A DNA stretch of 62,337 nucleotides, filler included. It is 5 parts of 5 records of this genome, joined end to end, with 100 filler letters (N's around TTAATTAATTAA, not from the genome) between each part and the next. Parts side by side here need not be neighbours in the genome. Positions count along the whole stretch, not along the records: positions 44,749 to 51,530 come from DRR723986_10747; positions 51,631 to 62,337 come from DRR723986_10750; 3 more parts are not named here. One strand, given 5' to 3'. Below the pieces are notes generated by a model, which saw only the letters and a list, made by a program, of their open reading frames with translations, was not told the origin of the DNA and made no database searches. Shown piece by piece: positions 45,692 to 54,526 of the stretch (its first letter is position 1; each line of letters opens with the position of its first letter). The translations under genes were made by a program, and so were the position numbers.

Positions 45692-47104
45692 TTGGTCATT
45701 GGCGCCATTTCCGACACTCTTGGCCGCGGCGTGGAAAGCGTCGGCTCAGCCATCTCTGAAACGTTTTTCGAACCGGTGATCCGCCTGGGTGTCACCGGTC
45801 TGTCGCGTGCGGGCAAAACGGTGTTCATCACGTCGCTGGTGGCCAACCTGCTGGACCGGGGCCGGATGCCGGGGCTGCAAGCCGCCAGTTCAGGGCGCAT
45901 TCAGGCGGCGTTCCTGCAGCCGCAGCCCGACGATACCGTGCCGCGCTTTGACTATGAAACGCATCTGGCGGCCCTGACCGGGCGCAACCCGCATTGGCCG
46001 CAATCGACCCGCGCGGTGTCGGAATTGCGGCTGTCGCTGCGGGTGCAACCCTCTGGCCTGCTGTCGGGCCTTTCCGGCCCGCGCACGGTGCATATCGACA
46101 TCGTGGATTACCCCGGCGAGTGGCTTTTGGATCTGTCCTTGCTGGATCAGAGCTATGATGAGTGGAGCGCGGACACCCTTTCACGGGCTGAAGCCCGCGA
46201 CCCGGCGCGCCCGTTCCTGGCGCTGATCGACAGCACGGACGGCGCCACCAGACTGGAAGAAGCGACCGCGCAGACGCTGGCTCGCAGCTTTACGACCTAT
46301 CTCAACGAGGCTCGTGAGATCGGGTTTTCCGACTGTACCCCCGGCCGCTTCCTGCTGCCCGGAGAGTTGGAGGGCAGCCCCGTCCTGACCTTTGCGCCTC
46401 TGCCCCCCGGTGATGTCCCGCGCGGCAGCCTGCGCCGCGAAATGGCGCGCCGGTTTGAGGCCTATAAATCCCAGGTCGTGAAACCCTTCTTCCGCAATCA
46501 TTTTGCCCGCATAGATCGGCAGGTGGTGCTGGTCGATGCGCTTGGCGCGATCCATTCCGGCCCGCAAGCGGTCGAGGATTTGCGGCGCGCGATGGCGGGT
46601 ATTCTGGGGGCATTCCGCCCCGGTCGGAATTCCTTCCTGTCGGCGATCATGGGCAAACGGGTGGAAAAGATTCTCTTTGCCGCGACCAAGGCCGACCATC
46701 TGCACCACACGCAGCACCCGCGCCTGACCGCCATTATGGAGGCGCTTTTGCGCGACGCCCGCGACCGCGCCGATTTCGCCGGGGCGAAGACGCAGGCCAT
46801 GGCCCTGGCCGCGTTGCGCGCCACGGTCGAGGAGACACGGGCGCATGGTGGCAAGGAGTTGGACCTTGTGCGCGGAACGCTTTTGGACACGGGCAAGCAG
46901 GCCGCGTTTCATCCCGGTGAACTGCCCGATGATCCCGGCCACCTGCTTGCGCCCGCCCGCAAGGGGGACACCGCCTGGCTTGATGCCGACTACTCGGTCA
47001 TGCGGTTTGCGCCGGCGGAACTGACCCTGAAACCCGGCGAGGGCCCGCCACATATCCGGCTGGATCGTGCCGCCGAATTCCTGTTGGGGGACAAGTTGTC
47101 ATGA
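45692..47104 (+). CDS. ycjX: YcjX family P-loop GTPase
   Basis: RLGVTGLSRAGKTVFITS, DYPGEWLLDL, PGRFLLPG, FAATKADH and PHIRLD. Confidence 0.94.
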   Translation: MVIGAISDTLGRGVESVGSAISETFFEPVIRLGVTGLSRAGKTVFITSLVANLLDRGRMPGLQAASSGRIQAAFLQPQPDDTVPRFDYETHLAALTGRNPHWPQSTRAVSELRLSLRVQPSGLLSGLSGPRTVHIDIVDYPGEWLLDLSLLDQSYDEWSADTLSRAEARDPARPFLALIDSTDGATRLEEATAQTLARSFTTYLNEAREIGFSDCTPGRFLLPGELEGSPVLTFAPLPPGDVPRGSLRREMARRFEAYKSQVVKPFFRNHFARIDRQVVLVDALGAIHSGPQAVEDLRRAMAGILGAFRPGRNSFLSAIMGKRVEKILFAATKADHLHHTQHPRLTAIMEALLRDARDRADFAGAKTQAMALAALRATVEETRAHGGKELDLVRGTLLDTGKQAAFHPGELPDDPGHLLAPARKGDTAWLDADYSVMRFAPAELTLKPGEGPPHIRLDRAAEFLLGDKLS

Positions 47105-48108
47105 GTGACCGAAAAGGCCCGGTTCTGATCGAATTGGACGACGCCCCCGACCAAGGCCCCGCCGCCGCCCCGCCGGTGCCCGACCTTGATTTGCCCGCCC
47201 CCACGGGCCGCGCGATGCAGACCGTGGCAACGCTGGCCGCGCGCAAACCTTCGCGCTTGGCGCGGTTCTTTTGGGCGTCGTTGCTGTCGCTTCTGGGGTT
47301 CGTGATCTCTCTGGCGGCATGGAATTTCGTCACCGCCCTGCTGGCGGCGAACCCGGTTCTGGGCTGGATCGCAACCGGCCTGATCGGCGCGTTCCTTGTG
47401 GCGGCCCTGCTGGTTGCACTGCGCGAAGCGGCTTCCTTTTTCAGCCTCTCTCGGCTGGACGGTTTGCAACGGGCAGCCGAATCCGCGCTGGCAACGGGGG
47501 ATCTTAAGGCCGCACAAAAGGTGTCGGATGACCTGATGGCTCTTTATCGTGCCCGCCCGGACCTGCGGTTGGGACGAGAGGCGGTTGCCGCCCGCAAAGG
47601 GGATGTGTTCGATGCTGACACGGCGCTTCATCTTGTCGAGGATCAGTTGTTGCAACCGCTCGACGCTGCCGCCCGTGCCGAGGTCGAGGCTGCCGCACGG
47701 CAAGTGGCGACCGTCACGGCGCTGGTCCCGCTTGCCCTGGCTGATGTGGTGGCTGCCCTGACCGCGAATCTGCGCATGATCCGGCGCATTGCAGAGATTT
47801 ATGGGGGCCGCGCCGGGACGCTTGGCGCATGGCGTCTGACGCGCACGGTCATCACCCATCTGGTGGCCACCGGAATGGTCGCCGTGGGTGACGACATGTT
47901 GGAACCCATCATTGGCAGCGGTCTTGTTGGCAAGATCTCTCGCCGGTTCGGTGAAGGCGTGGTGAACGGGGCGCTGACCGCCCGTGTCGGCGTCGCCGCG
48001 ATGGAGGTCTGCCGCCCGCTGCCGTTCCGCAAGGCGACGCGCCCGTCTGTCACCGGGCTGGTGCGCCGGGCGCTGTCCGGGCTGTTCAGCAAGGGGGACG
48101 CCAAGTGA
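47101..48108 (+). CDS. ycjF: YcjF family membrane protein
   Basis: TALVP.A.AD, IAEIYG and S.RFGEGV.NG.LTAR.G.AA...CRPLPF. Confidence 0.92.
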   Translation: MSDRKGPVLIELDDAPDQGPAAAPPVPDLDLPAPTGRAMQTVATLAARKPSRLARFFWASLLSLLGFVISLAAWNFVTALLAANPVLGWIATGLIGAFLVAALLVALREAASFFSLSRLDGLQRAAESALATGDLKAAQKVSDDLMALYRARPDLRLGREAVAARKGDVFDADTALHLVEDQLLQPLDAAARAEVEAAARQVATVTALVPLALADVVAALTANLRMIRRIAEIYGGRAGTLGAWRLTRTVITHLVATGMVAVGDDMLEPIIGSGLVGKISRRFGEGVVNGALTARVGVAAMEVCRPLPFRKATRPSVTGLVRRALSGLFSKGDAK

Positions 48109-49001
48109 CCGGAGATCGCCCGCTTTTGGGCGTCCTGTTCATGTTGGGGTTTTGCATTCTGATCCCCTTTGGCGATGCGCTGGCCAAGATGCTTGGCGAT
48201 ACCGTGCCACTGATCATACTGGTGCTGGTGCGCTTTGGTGCGCAGGTACTGCTGTTGGTGCCGATGGTCTGGCTGACCGGCAGTACCCTCAGGATGAGCC
48301 CACGCGCCTTCCGTCTGACGGCGTTCCGGTCGGTCCTGCAAATCCTCGGGATCTCCTTCATGTTCCTAAGCCTGCGCTACCTGCCCTTGGCAGATGCGGT
48401 GGCGATTGCCTTCGTGATGCCGTTCATCATGCTGATCATGGGGCATTTCATCCTTCACGAAGAGGTTGGCATCCGCCGGATAGCCGCCTGCGGCGTGGGC
48501 TTTGTGGGCACGATGATGGTGATCCAGCCAAGCTTTGCCGAGGTCGGTTGGATCGCGATGCTGCCCTTGTCGGTGGCCTTCATCTTTGCCCTTTTCATGC
48601 TGATCACCCGGCAGATTGCGAAAGAGGCCGATCCTCTGGCGTTGCAGGCTGTCGGCGGCATGGTCGGCGTGCCGATCCTGCTGACGCTGCTTTTGCTGCC
48701 CATAGACCTGCCGGACCTGACGCCCGGATGGCCTTCGGGCGCAGAGGCATGGCTGCTGGTGACCATGGGCGTGCTTGGTACCGTCGCGCATCTTTTGATG
48801 ACGTGGTCCCTGCGCTTTGCGCCCTCGGCCACCCTGGCACCGATGCAATATCTGGAGATCCCGGTCGCAACGCTGCTTGGCTTCGTCTTCTTCGACGATC
48901 TGCCAGACGGTCTGGCCGCAGCGGGGATTGCGCTGACCGTTGGGGCCGGGCTCTACATCATCTGGCGAGAGCGCGTCACCTCCCGCGCGCAACCGGCGTA
49001 A
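48105..49001 (+). CDS. DMT/EamA family transporter
   Basis: About ten TM segments, LPLADA.AI.F..P and A..LAP.QY. Confidence 0.92.
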   Translation: MTGDRPLLGVLFMLGFCILIPFGDALAKMLGDTVPLIILVLVRFGAQVLLLVPMVWLTGSTLRMSPRAFRLTAFRSVLQILGISFMFLSLRYLPLADAVAIAFVMPFIMLIMGHFILHEEVGIRRIAACGVGFVGTMMVIQPSFAEVGWIAMLPLSVAFIFALFMLITRQIAKEADPLALQAVGGMVGVPILLTLLLLPIDLPDLTPGWPSGAEAWLLVTMGVLGTVAHLLMTWSLRFAPSATLAPMQYLEIPVATLLGFVFFDDLPDGLAAAGIALTVGAGLYIIWRERVTSRAQPA

Positions 49002-50157
49002 GGGCCGGCATCGGCGGCACGAGGTCACCGCAGACCAACCGTGTGAGGATGGCGGGTGCCGGCCATGTCCGCGACAGTGGCGCCAGCAGGCGATCCCTGA
49101 TCACCGGCAGAACCCGGCTGTCCGATTGATATTGTGGGGTAAAGGACGCGCTAAGCGCCTGATACGCCGCCACATGCCACCGGCGCGCCCCGGCATAGAG
49201 GCGAAGCGCCTCCTCCCCTTCGGCAATTCTCAGGGCGCGCTGCAATGCCTCTGCATCCAGCAGCGCCATGTTGGCCCCTTGCCCCAGTTGCGGGCTGGCC
49301 CTGTGGGCCGCGTCGCCGATATGGGCAATGCCTGCGCCATAGGGGGCCGCAAGCGATCCGTGGGTGTAGCTGGCAAATGTAAAGGCGTCATGGCCGTTGA
49401 TCCATCCAAGGAAGGGGCCGAAATCTGGCCAAAGACGGCTGGCATCGGTCTGCCATTTCTCAAAGGGCGTGGTCTTCCAGTCTTGGAAGGATGAAACAGG
49501 TAGGGAATAGAAGATGGCCGCCAGCTTCTGCCAAGGTTGATCCGGCATCGCACCGACCGGCAATACCCCCAGCATCCGGTCGGCCCTGCGATAGCATTGT
49601 GACAGCCGGTCATACGGCAGCGTGCTGTCTTCGGGCCAGGGAACCGTTGCCCATACCGCGCCGTAGGGCAGGGGACGGCTGGACAGAGGCGAAAGCGGAG
49701 AGCTTGCGCCACAGGCATCAATGATCAGGTCGAACGGGTTTGATCGCTGATCGCCGAAGCAGAGCGATTGCCCCGCGCGCCCCGTAACCTGATGCGACGG
49801 GATAAGCCGCGCCCCTGCCTCGGTTGCCGCGTCATGCAAGAGCGAAAACAGGGCCGCGCGATGAATGCCGAGCCCCTTGCGGTCGTCCTTTTTACCATAG
49901 CTTACAGACAGAACCACGCGGTTGTTGCCAGCTTCATGTCCGAACATCGTGGTGATCGGCGCGCCCAGTTCACGCGCGCCCTTGCCGGCACCGATTCGAT
50001 CCAGCACCGACACGCCGACGGGTTGGATGACAAGGCCGGACCCAACCGGCTGCGGGGCCTCGAACTGATCGAAAACCGAGACGTCATGCCCGTCCCGCGC
50101 CAGCAACGCTGCGGCTGCCAATCCACCGATCCCCGCCCCTGCAATGCCAATTTTCAT
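48976..50157 (-). CDS. FAD-dependent monooxygenase (UbiH/salicylate hydroxylase-like)
   Basis: IGIAGAGIGG and IGDAAH..SPQLGQGANMALLDA; start MKIGI at 50157. Confidence 0.9.
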   Translation of the reverse strand: MKIGIAGAGIGGLAAAALLARDGHDVSVFDQFEAPQPVGSGLVIQPVGVSVLDRIGAGKGARELGAPITTMFGHEAGNNRVVLSVSYGKKDDRKGLGIHRAALFSLLHDAATEAGARLIPSHQVTGRAGQSLCFGDQRSNPFDLIIDACGASSPLSPLSSRPLPYGAVWATVPWPEDSTLPYDRLSQCYRRADRMLGVLPVGAMPDQPWQKLAAIFYSLPVSSFQDWKTTPFEKWQTDASRLWPDFGPFLGWINGHDAFTFASYTHGSLAAPYGAGIAHIGDAAHRASPQLGQGANMALLDAEALQRALRIAEGEEALRLYAGARRWHVAAYQALSASFTPQYQSDSRVLPVIRDRLLAPLSRTWPAPAILTRLVCGDLVPPMPALTPVARGR

Positions 50158-50288
50158 TTTCGTTATCCGATTAGATCTGTCGTTTCTTGCCAGCCACACC
50201 GCGGTGCAACAGTGGGACAATGCTTGACCCAACGGGGAAAGCGACGCAACCTGCCGTTGTTTGAAGCAGTCATTTTCAGGAGAAAGCC

Positions 50289-50597
50289 ATGAGTTGGAGC
50301 AGCTTGTCCGGCGCCAGCAAAGCCGCACTGATCTTTGCAGTGCTCGGGTTCGTCATCAGTTTCACGACACTGTCGACATCGACGATCAATGGGGTGCGAA
50401 CCTGCAACTATATGGATTACGGCGCGCTGATCTTCGGGGCGCTGGCGATGCTTGCGGGGTCTTTGGGTTTGATGCGGGTGCGGGATCTGGCACCTGATGC
50501 ACGGACCCTGAATCTGGTGGTCTGCGTGGCAGCGGATATTGTCGGCGTGGTCCACATCCTGCGCGGCATTGGCATGGTCGGCGGCCCCTGCGGCTGA
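50289..50597 (+). CDS. Small three-TM membrane protein
   Basis: AGGAG RBS, three hydrophobic segments and two loop or terminal Cys (TCNY, GPCG). Confidence 0.7.
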   Translation: MSWSSLSGASKAALIFAVLGFVISFTTLSTSTINGVRTCNYMDYGALIFGALAMLAGSLGLMRVRDLAPDARTLNLVVCVAADIVGVVHILRGIGMVGGPCG

Positions 50598-50633
50598 CCC
50601 ATCCGTCCCGCGCGGCATGGGCCTGCCTCATGA

Positions 50634-51044
50634 TTACCGAAGCTTTGGGATGCCCCCCGGCAGAATGTCCCGGTCCACGACGCCCGCCCGCAGGGAACGC
50701 CCGATCCGGTGCGCTAGTGCTGACCAGCGGGCCGCCTGTGCCGCGCTCAGTTCCTCGGCCAGAACGCTGTCGAACAGCTTCAGCCACGGCTCGAACATGC
50801 CCGGCCGCACATTGCCCGCCTGCATATGCGCCACCATCGGATTGCCGTCATAGCTGCGTTCGCCCAGAATCGCGTTTGCCCAGAACCGGGCGATCTTGGC
50901 CTCGTGCGGGGGCCAGTCCGTGATATGGGCGGCAAAAACCGGCCCAAGCACCGGATGCGCGCGAACACCGGAATAGAACCGGGCGACAACGCGCTCGATC
51001 TCTGGTCGCGTGATGTCGAACTTGGCTAGCGGAGTAGTATTCAT
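50634..51044 (-). CDS. Group III truncated haemoglobin (trHbP)
   Basis: VARFY..VR.HP.LGPVF, W..H..KI..FW, Y.GNPM..H and F..WL.LF. Confidence 0.9.
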   Translation of the reverse strand: MNTTPLAKFDITRPEIERVVARFYSGVRAHPVLGPVFAAHITDWPPHEAKIARFWANAILGERSYDGNPMVAHMQAGNVRPGMFEPWLKLFDSVLAEELSAAQAARWSALAHRIGRSLRAGVVDRDILPGGIPKLR

Positions 51045-51107
51045 GACGACAAGATGGGACCGTCAGGACCGCTTCGCCAGTGGCCATCTGGTCGCGCTAC
51101 CCGCCTC

Positions 51108-51136
51108 TGGACGCCTCCCCGCAGCGGGCCTATAAG
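51108..51136 (+). promoter_or_regulatory. Sigma70 promoter of the ileS leader
   Basis: TGGACG (51108-51113), 17-bp spacer, TATAAG (51131-51136); the expected start site falls at or near ATG 51144. Confidence 0.7.
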
Positions 51137-51143
51137 GCAGATC

Positions 51144-51197
51144 ATGACCCGCCCATTCGTGCGCATCATTATTCGAATTATCGGCCCGGCTCTCTGA
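51144..51197 (+). CDS. Putative Ile-rich leader peptide of ileS (MTRPFVRIIIRIIGPAL)
   Basis: ATC ATT ATT CGA ATT ATC gives 5 Ile in 6 codons, 87 nt before ileS; the stop lies inside hairpin 51185-51214. Confidence 0.8.
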   Translation: MTRPFVRIIIRIIGPAL

Positions 51198-51284
51198 GAC
51201 CAAGAGACGCCGGGACAAGGTGTTTGATTTTTCGCACCGCCCTGATAACCCCATCCCGACCGAATATCACGAGGACGCCGATCC

Positions 51285-51530
51285 ATGTGCGCCGACACGC
51301 CTGAGCAATCGCTCGACTACAAAGACACGCTGAACCTGCCCAAAACCGATTTCCCGATGCGCGCGGGCCTTCCCAAGCGCGAGCCCGAGTGGCTGGACCG
51401 TTGGGAAAAGATGGGGATCTATGATCGCCTGCGCGCAAAAGAGGGCCGCACGCCCTTCACGCTGCATGACGGTCCGCCCTATGCCAACGGGCACCTGCAT
51501 ATCGGCCACGCGCTGAACAAGACGATCAAG
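51285..51530 (+). CDS. ileS: Isoleucine-tRNA ligase, 5' fragment
   Basis: [19 protein letters not shown] and [19 protein letters not shown]. Confidence 0.97.
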
Positions 51531-51630
51531 NNNNNNNNNNNNNNNNNNNNNNNNNNNNNNNNNNNNNNNNNNNNTTAATTAATTAANNNNNNNNNNNNNN
51601 NNNNNNNNNNNNNNNNNNNNNNNNNNNNNN
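51531..51630. other. Artificial contig linker
   Basis: N44-TTAATTAATTAA-N44. Confidence 0.98.
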
Positions 51631-51801
<171 letters not shown>

Positions 51802-51818
51802 TCTGCTGATCTGAGGAT

Positions 51819-51856
51819 AAAAACCCCCGGTGCCAGACTGGCATCGGGGGTTTTTT
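51819..51856. terminator. Bidirectional intrinsic terminator
   Basis: AAAAACCCCCGGTGCCAGACTGGCATCGGGGGTTTTTT between convergent genes. Confidence 0.9.
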
Positions 51857-51918
51857 GTTGGAACCGACAGGACGGGGAGAGGAGCCTCCTGCCGGTTCCG
51901 GCCCGTGAGTTATGGGCA

Positions 51919-52299
51919 TCAGTCTTCGAAGCGCGATTCTTCTGCCAGTTGGGCGAAGATGCGGGCTGCGACATCGTTCTGACCGAAGCTCTGGGTCGAA
52001 ATCACTTCGGTGCCGCCGTTGGTCAGGTAGGCCGCAATGGCGTGCTCGTCATCGTCCTGAGCCTGACGAACGCGGGCGTCAAAGGCGACCGACGCGTCAA
52101 CCGGGCCAGCGCCGCCGTTCAGGATGAACGCCACTTCGGCGTGGTCGTTGTCGGACAGGGCTTGGCTCAGACGGACCAACTCAGAGGTGGAGTAGGTGCC
52201 GGGTTCAACACCCAAAGACGCGGCAAGGCTGTCAGAAGCGAAAGCGGCAGGGGCAGCCAGAACTGCGGTGAGGGCGGTGGCAAGTGCAAGGGTTTTCAT
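51919..52299 (-). CDS. Small secreted acidic protein with internal duplication
   Basis: Signal peptide MKTLALAT...PAAFA, AAAGGA RBS and strongly biased codons. Confidence 0.85.
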   Translation of the reverse strand: MKTLALATALTAVLAAPAAFASDSLAASLGVEPGTYSTSELVRLSQALSDNDHAEVAFILNGGAGPVDASVAFDARVRQAQDDDEHAIAAYLTNGGTEVISTQSFGQNDVAARIFAQLAEESRFED

Positions 52300-52480
52300 T
52301 GTGATATCCTTTCGAGTGTCATGTTCAGTGCGTTTGCGGTTGAAGGCGGTGTGCCTCCGATGACACTCAACTTAGGGCGTCGATTTCGGTGTTTCACCCA
52401 ACGAAACCGAGAAATCAGCGTGAGGTTGGTGCGTGAGTGCACATAAGGATCTGCGAGTCGGCCCAGACCGTCACGCCCGG

Positions 52481-54526
52481 TTACGGGCCCGTGATTTCCA
52501 GAAACACTGTGGCCACCCGACCCCCTGAATCGATCACCGTCAGGTCAACAAAGCCCGATCCGGGGGTGCCCAGATCAACCTCTCGGTCCTGCACCCCGAT
52601 TCCCACCGGGCGGCCGTTCCACAGCCATGTGTAGGGCGGTGTGCCCCGGTCTACCCGCGCCATCAGCGGCAATCCCGGCTGACTGGCCAATACCGCACCA
52701 TCGGGGGGGAAGGCGATTTCGGGCGCGTTGGGGTCGGTCGTGGCGGCGGCACGGCTGGCAAAGCGTTGCAGCGGTGCGGGCAAATCTGAATGGTTGACGG
52801 TCAACGCGCCGTGGGGCGGAGCAGGCAGCGGTGTCAGGCGCGGGGCGATGCGGGCGAAAGCCTCGAACAACAAGGGGGCCGCGACATCGGCCCCGAAAGC
52901 ACCGGGGACCGAGGCCCCGTCAGCACGCCCCAGCCAAACGCCCACCACATGCCGCCCATCATAACCGAAGGCCCAGGCATCGCGGTGGCCGTAGCTGGTG
53001 CCGGTCTTGTAGGCCAACCCGATACGCGGTGCATTGGCGGGGGGGATCATGTCGGACAGGATATCACCCACATACCAGCTGGCCACTGGCGACAGCACTT
53101 GAACCGGTTCGCCGGCGCGGTCGCCCTGCCGGTAGTGCAGCGGCACATAAGCCCCGCCAGAGGCCAGCGCACCATACATGCGCATCAGGTCTTCCATCGT
53201 CACGCCGACACCACCAAGCGCCACCGCCAGCCCCGGCTGACCGGCGGGCAGTTCGGGGTTCATGCCCGCGCGGCGCATCCGGTTCATCAGCTCCGCCGGG
53301 CCCAGTTCTTCCAACAGGGACACGACGGGGATGTTTAGCGAGGCCTGAAGCGCGCGGCGCACGGACAGCTCGCCGCGAAAGACATGGTCGAAATTCTGCG
53401 GCGCGTAGCTGCCGAACCGCGTGGGGCGATCCTCGATCAGGCTTTCGGGGTGGATCAACCCGGCCTCGAATCCCAATCCGTAGATCAGGGGTTTTAGGGT
53501 CGAACCAGGCGAGCGCAGGGCCTGGGTCATGTCCACGAAGCCCTGCAAAGGGTTGTCGGAATATTCGGCGGAGCCGACCGAGGCCAGAACCTCGCCCGTC
53601 TGATGATCCATCACCATGATCGCGGCATTCAGCCGGTCGCCCTGCCCGCGCACAGCCTCTTGCGCCAGTGCCTCCATCTGCGCCTGCAAGGTCGCGTCAA
53701 TGGTCAGGTGGTGCTGGCCCGCCAGATCTTCCACCAGCATCCGATCCGAAAGGTGCGGGGCCAGCAGCGGGAAATCGCGGCGTTCCGTTGGCAGGGGTTC
53801 GGCCATGGCCCATTCGACATCTTCTGCGGTCAGCACGCCAAAGGTCAGGGCCCGGGCCAGAACCCGGTTGCGCGCGGCAAGGGCGTTGTCGGGGTTGCGG
53901 TCGGGGCGGCGGCTGTTGGGGGCTTGCGGGATGGCAACCAGCAGCGCGGCCTCGGCGGTGGTCAGCTGCCCCGGTTCCTGTCCGAACCAGGTGAACGTTG
54001 CGGCGCGGATGCCCTCGATATTGCCGCCATAGGGCGCCAGATGCAGGTAGAGCGTCAGAATCTCGTCTTTGGTCAGCTGACGTTCCAGCGCCAGTGCCAA
54101 ACGGATCTGCCGCAGTTTGCCGCCCCATTCACCGGTGCCGCTATCTTCCAACAGCCGCGCGACCTGCATGGTGATGGTGGACGCCCCCGACACGATCCGC
54201 CCATTGGTAACGGCCTGCCATGCAGCGCGCGTCATGGCGCGCCAGTCTACGCCAGCATGGTCATAGAACCTGCGATCCTCGAAATTCAGCAGCAGCTCGA
54301 TAAACTCCGGGTCCACCTCGGCCAGCGATACCGGCAGTCGCCAGCGCCCATCCTCAACCGTATAGGCGCGCAGCAGCGCGCCATCGCGGTCCAGCACCTC
54401 GACCGAGGTGATCGGCACCAGCGGTGGAATGACGGTCGCGTCGATCCACGCATCAAACCGGGCCCGCGCCAGACCAAGCGCCAGCAGCAGCGCCGCCAGC
54501 CAGAAGAAGACCCTGGCCCTGATCAC
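52481..54526 (-). CDS. pbpC: Penicillin-binding protein 1C
   Basis: Transglycosylase motifs EDRRF..H.G and GASTITMQ; transpeptidase motifs SPGSTLK, SLN and KTGTS; follows the A2M gene. Confidence 0.96.
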   Translation of the reverse strand: MIRARVFFWLAALLLALGLARARFDAWIDATVIPPLVPITSVEVLDRDGALLRAYTVEDGRWRLPVSLAEVDPEFIELLLNFEDRRFYDHAGVDWRAMTRAAWQAVTNGRIVSGASTITMQVARLLEDSGTGEWGGKLRQIRLALALERQLTKDEILTLYLHLAPYGGNIEGIRAATFTWFGQEPGQLTTAEAALLVAIPQAPNSRRPDRNPDNALAARNRVLARALTFGVLTAEDVEWAMAEPLPTERRDFPLLAPHLSDRMLVEDLAGQHHLTIDATLQAQMEALAQEAVRGQGDRLNAAIMVMDHQTGEVLASVGSAEYSDNPLQGFVDMTQALRSPGSTLKPLIYGLGFEAGLIHPESLIEDRPTRFGSYAPQNFDHVFRGELSVRRALQASLNIPVVSLLEELGPAELMNRMRRAGMNPELPAGQPGLAVALGGVGVTMEDLMRMYGALASGGAYVPLHYRQGDRAGEPVQVLSPVASWYVGDILSDMIPPANAPRIGLAYKTGTSYGHRDAWAFGYDGRHVVGVWLGRADGASVPGAFGADVAAPLLFEAFARIAPRLTPLPAPPHGALTVNHSDLPAPLQRFASRAAATTDPNAPEIAFPPDGAVLASQPGLPLMARVDRGTPPYTWLWNGRPVGIGVQDREVDLGTPGSGFVDLTVIDSGGRVATVFLEITGP

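Noticed and set aside
51198-51240. Classical terminator or T-box for ileS
   Set aside because: The strong hairpin is followed by ACAAGG rather than a U-tract, and no T-box consensus is present, so a translational or Rho-based model is preferred.
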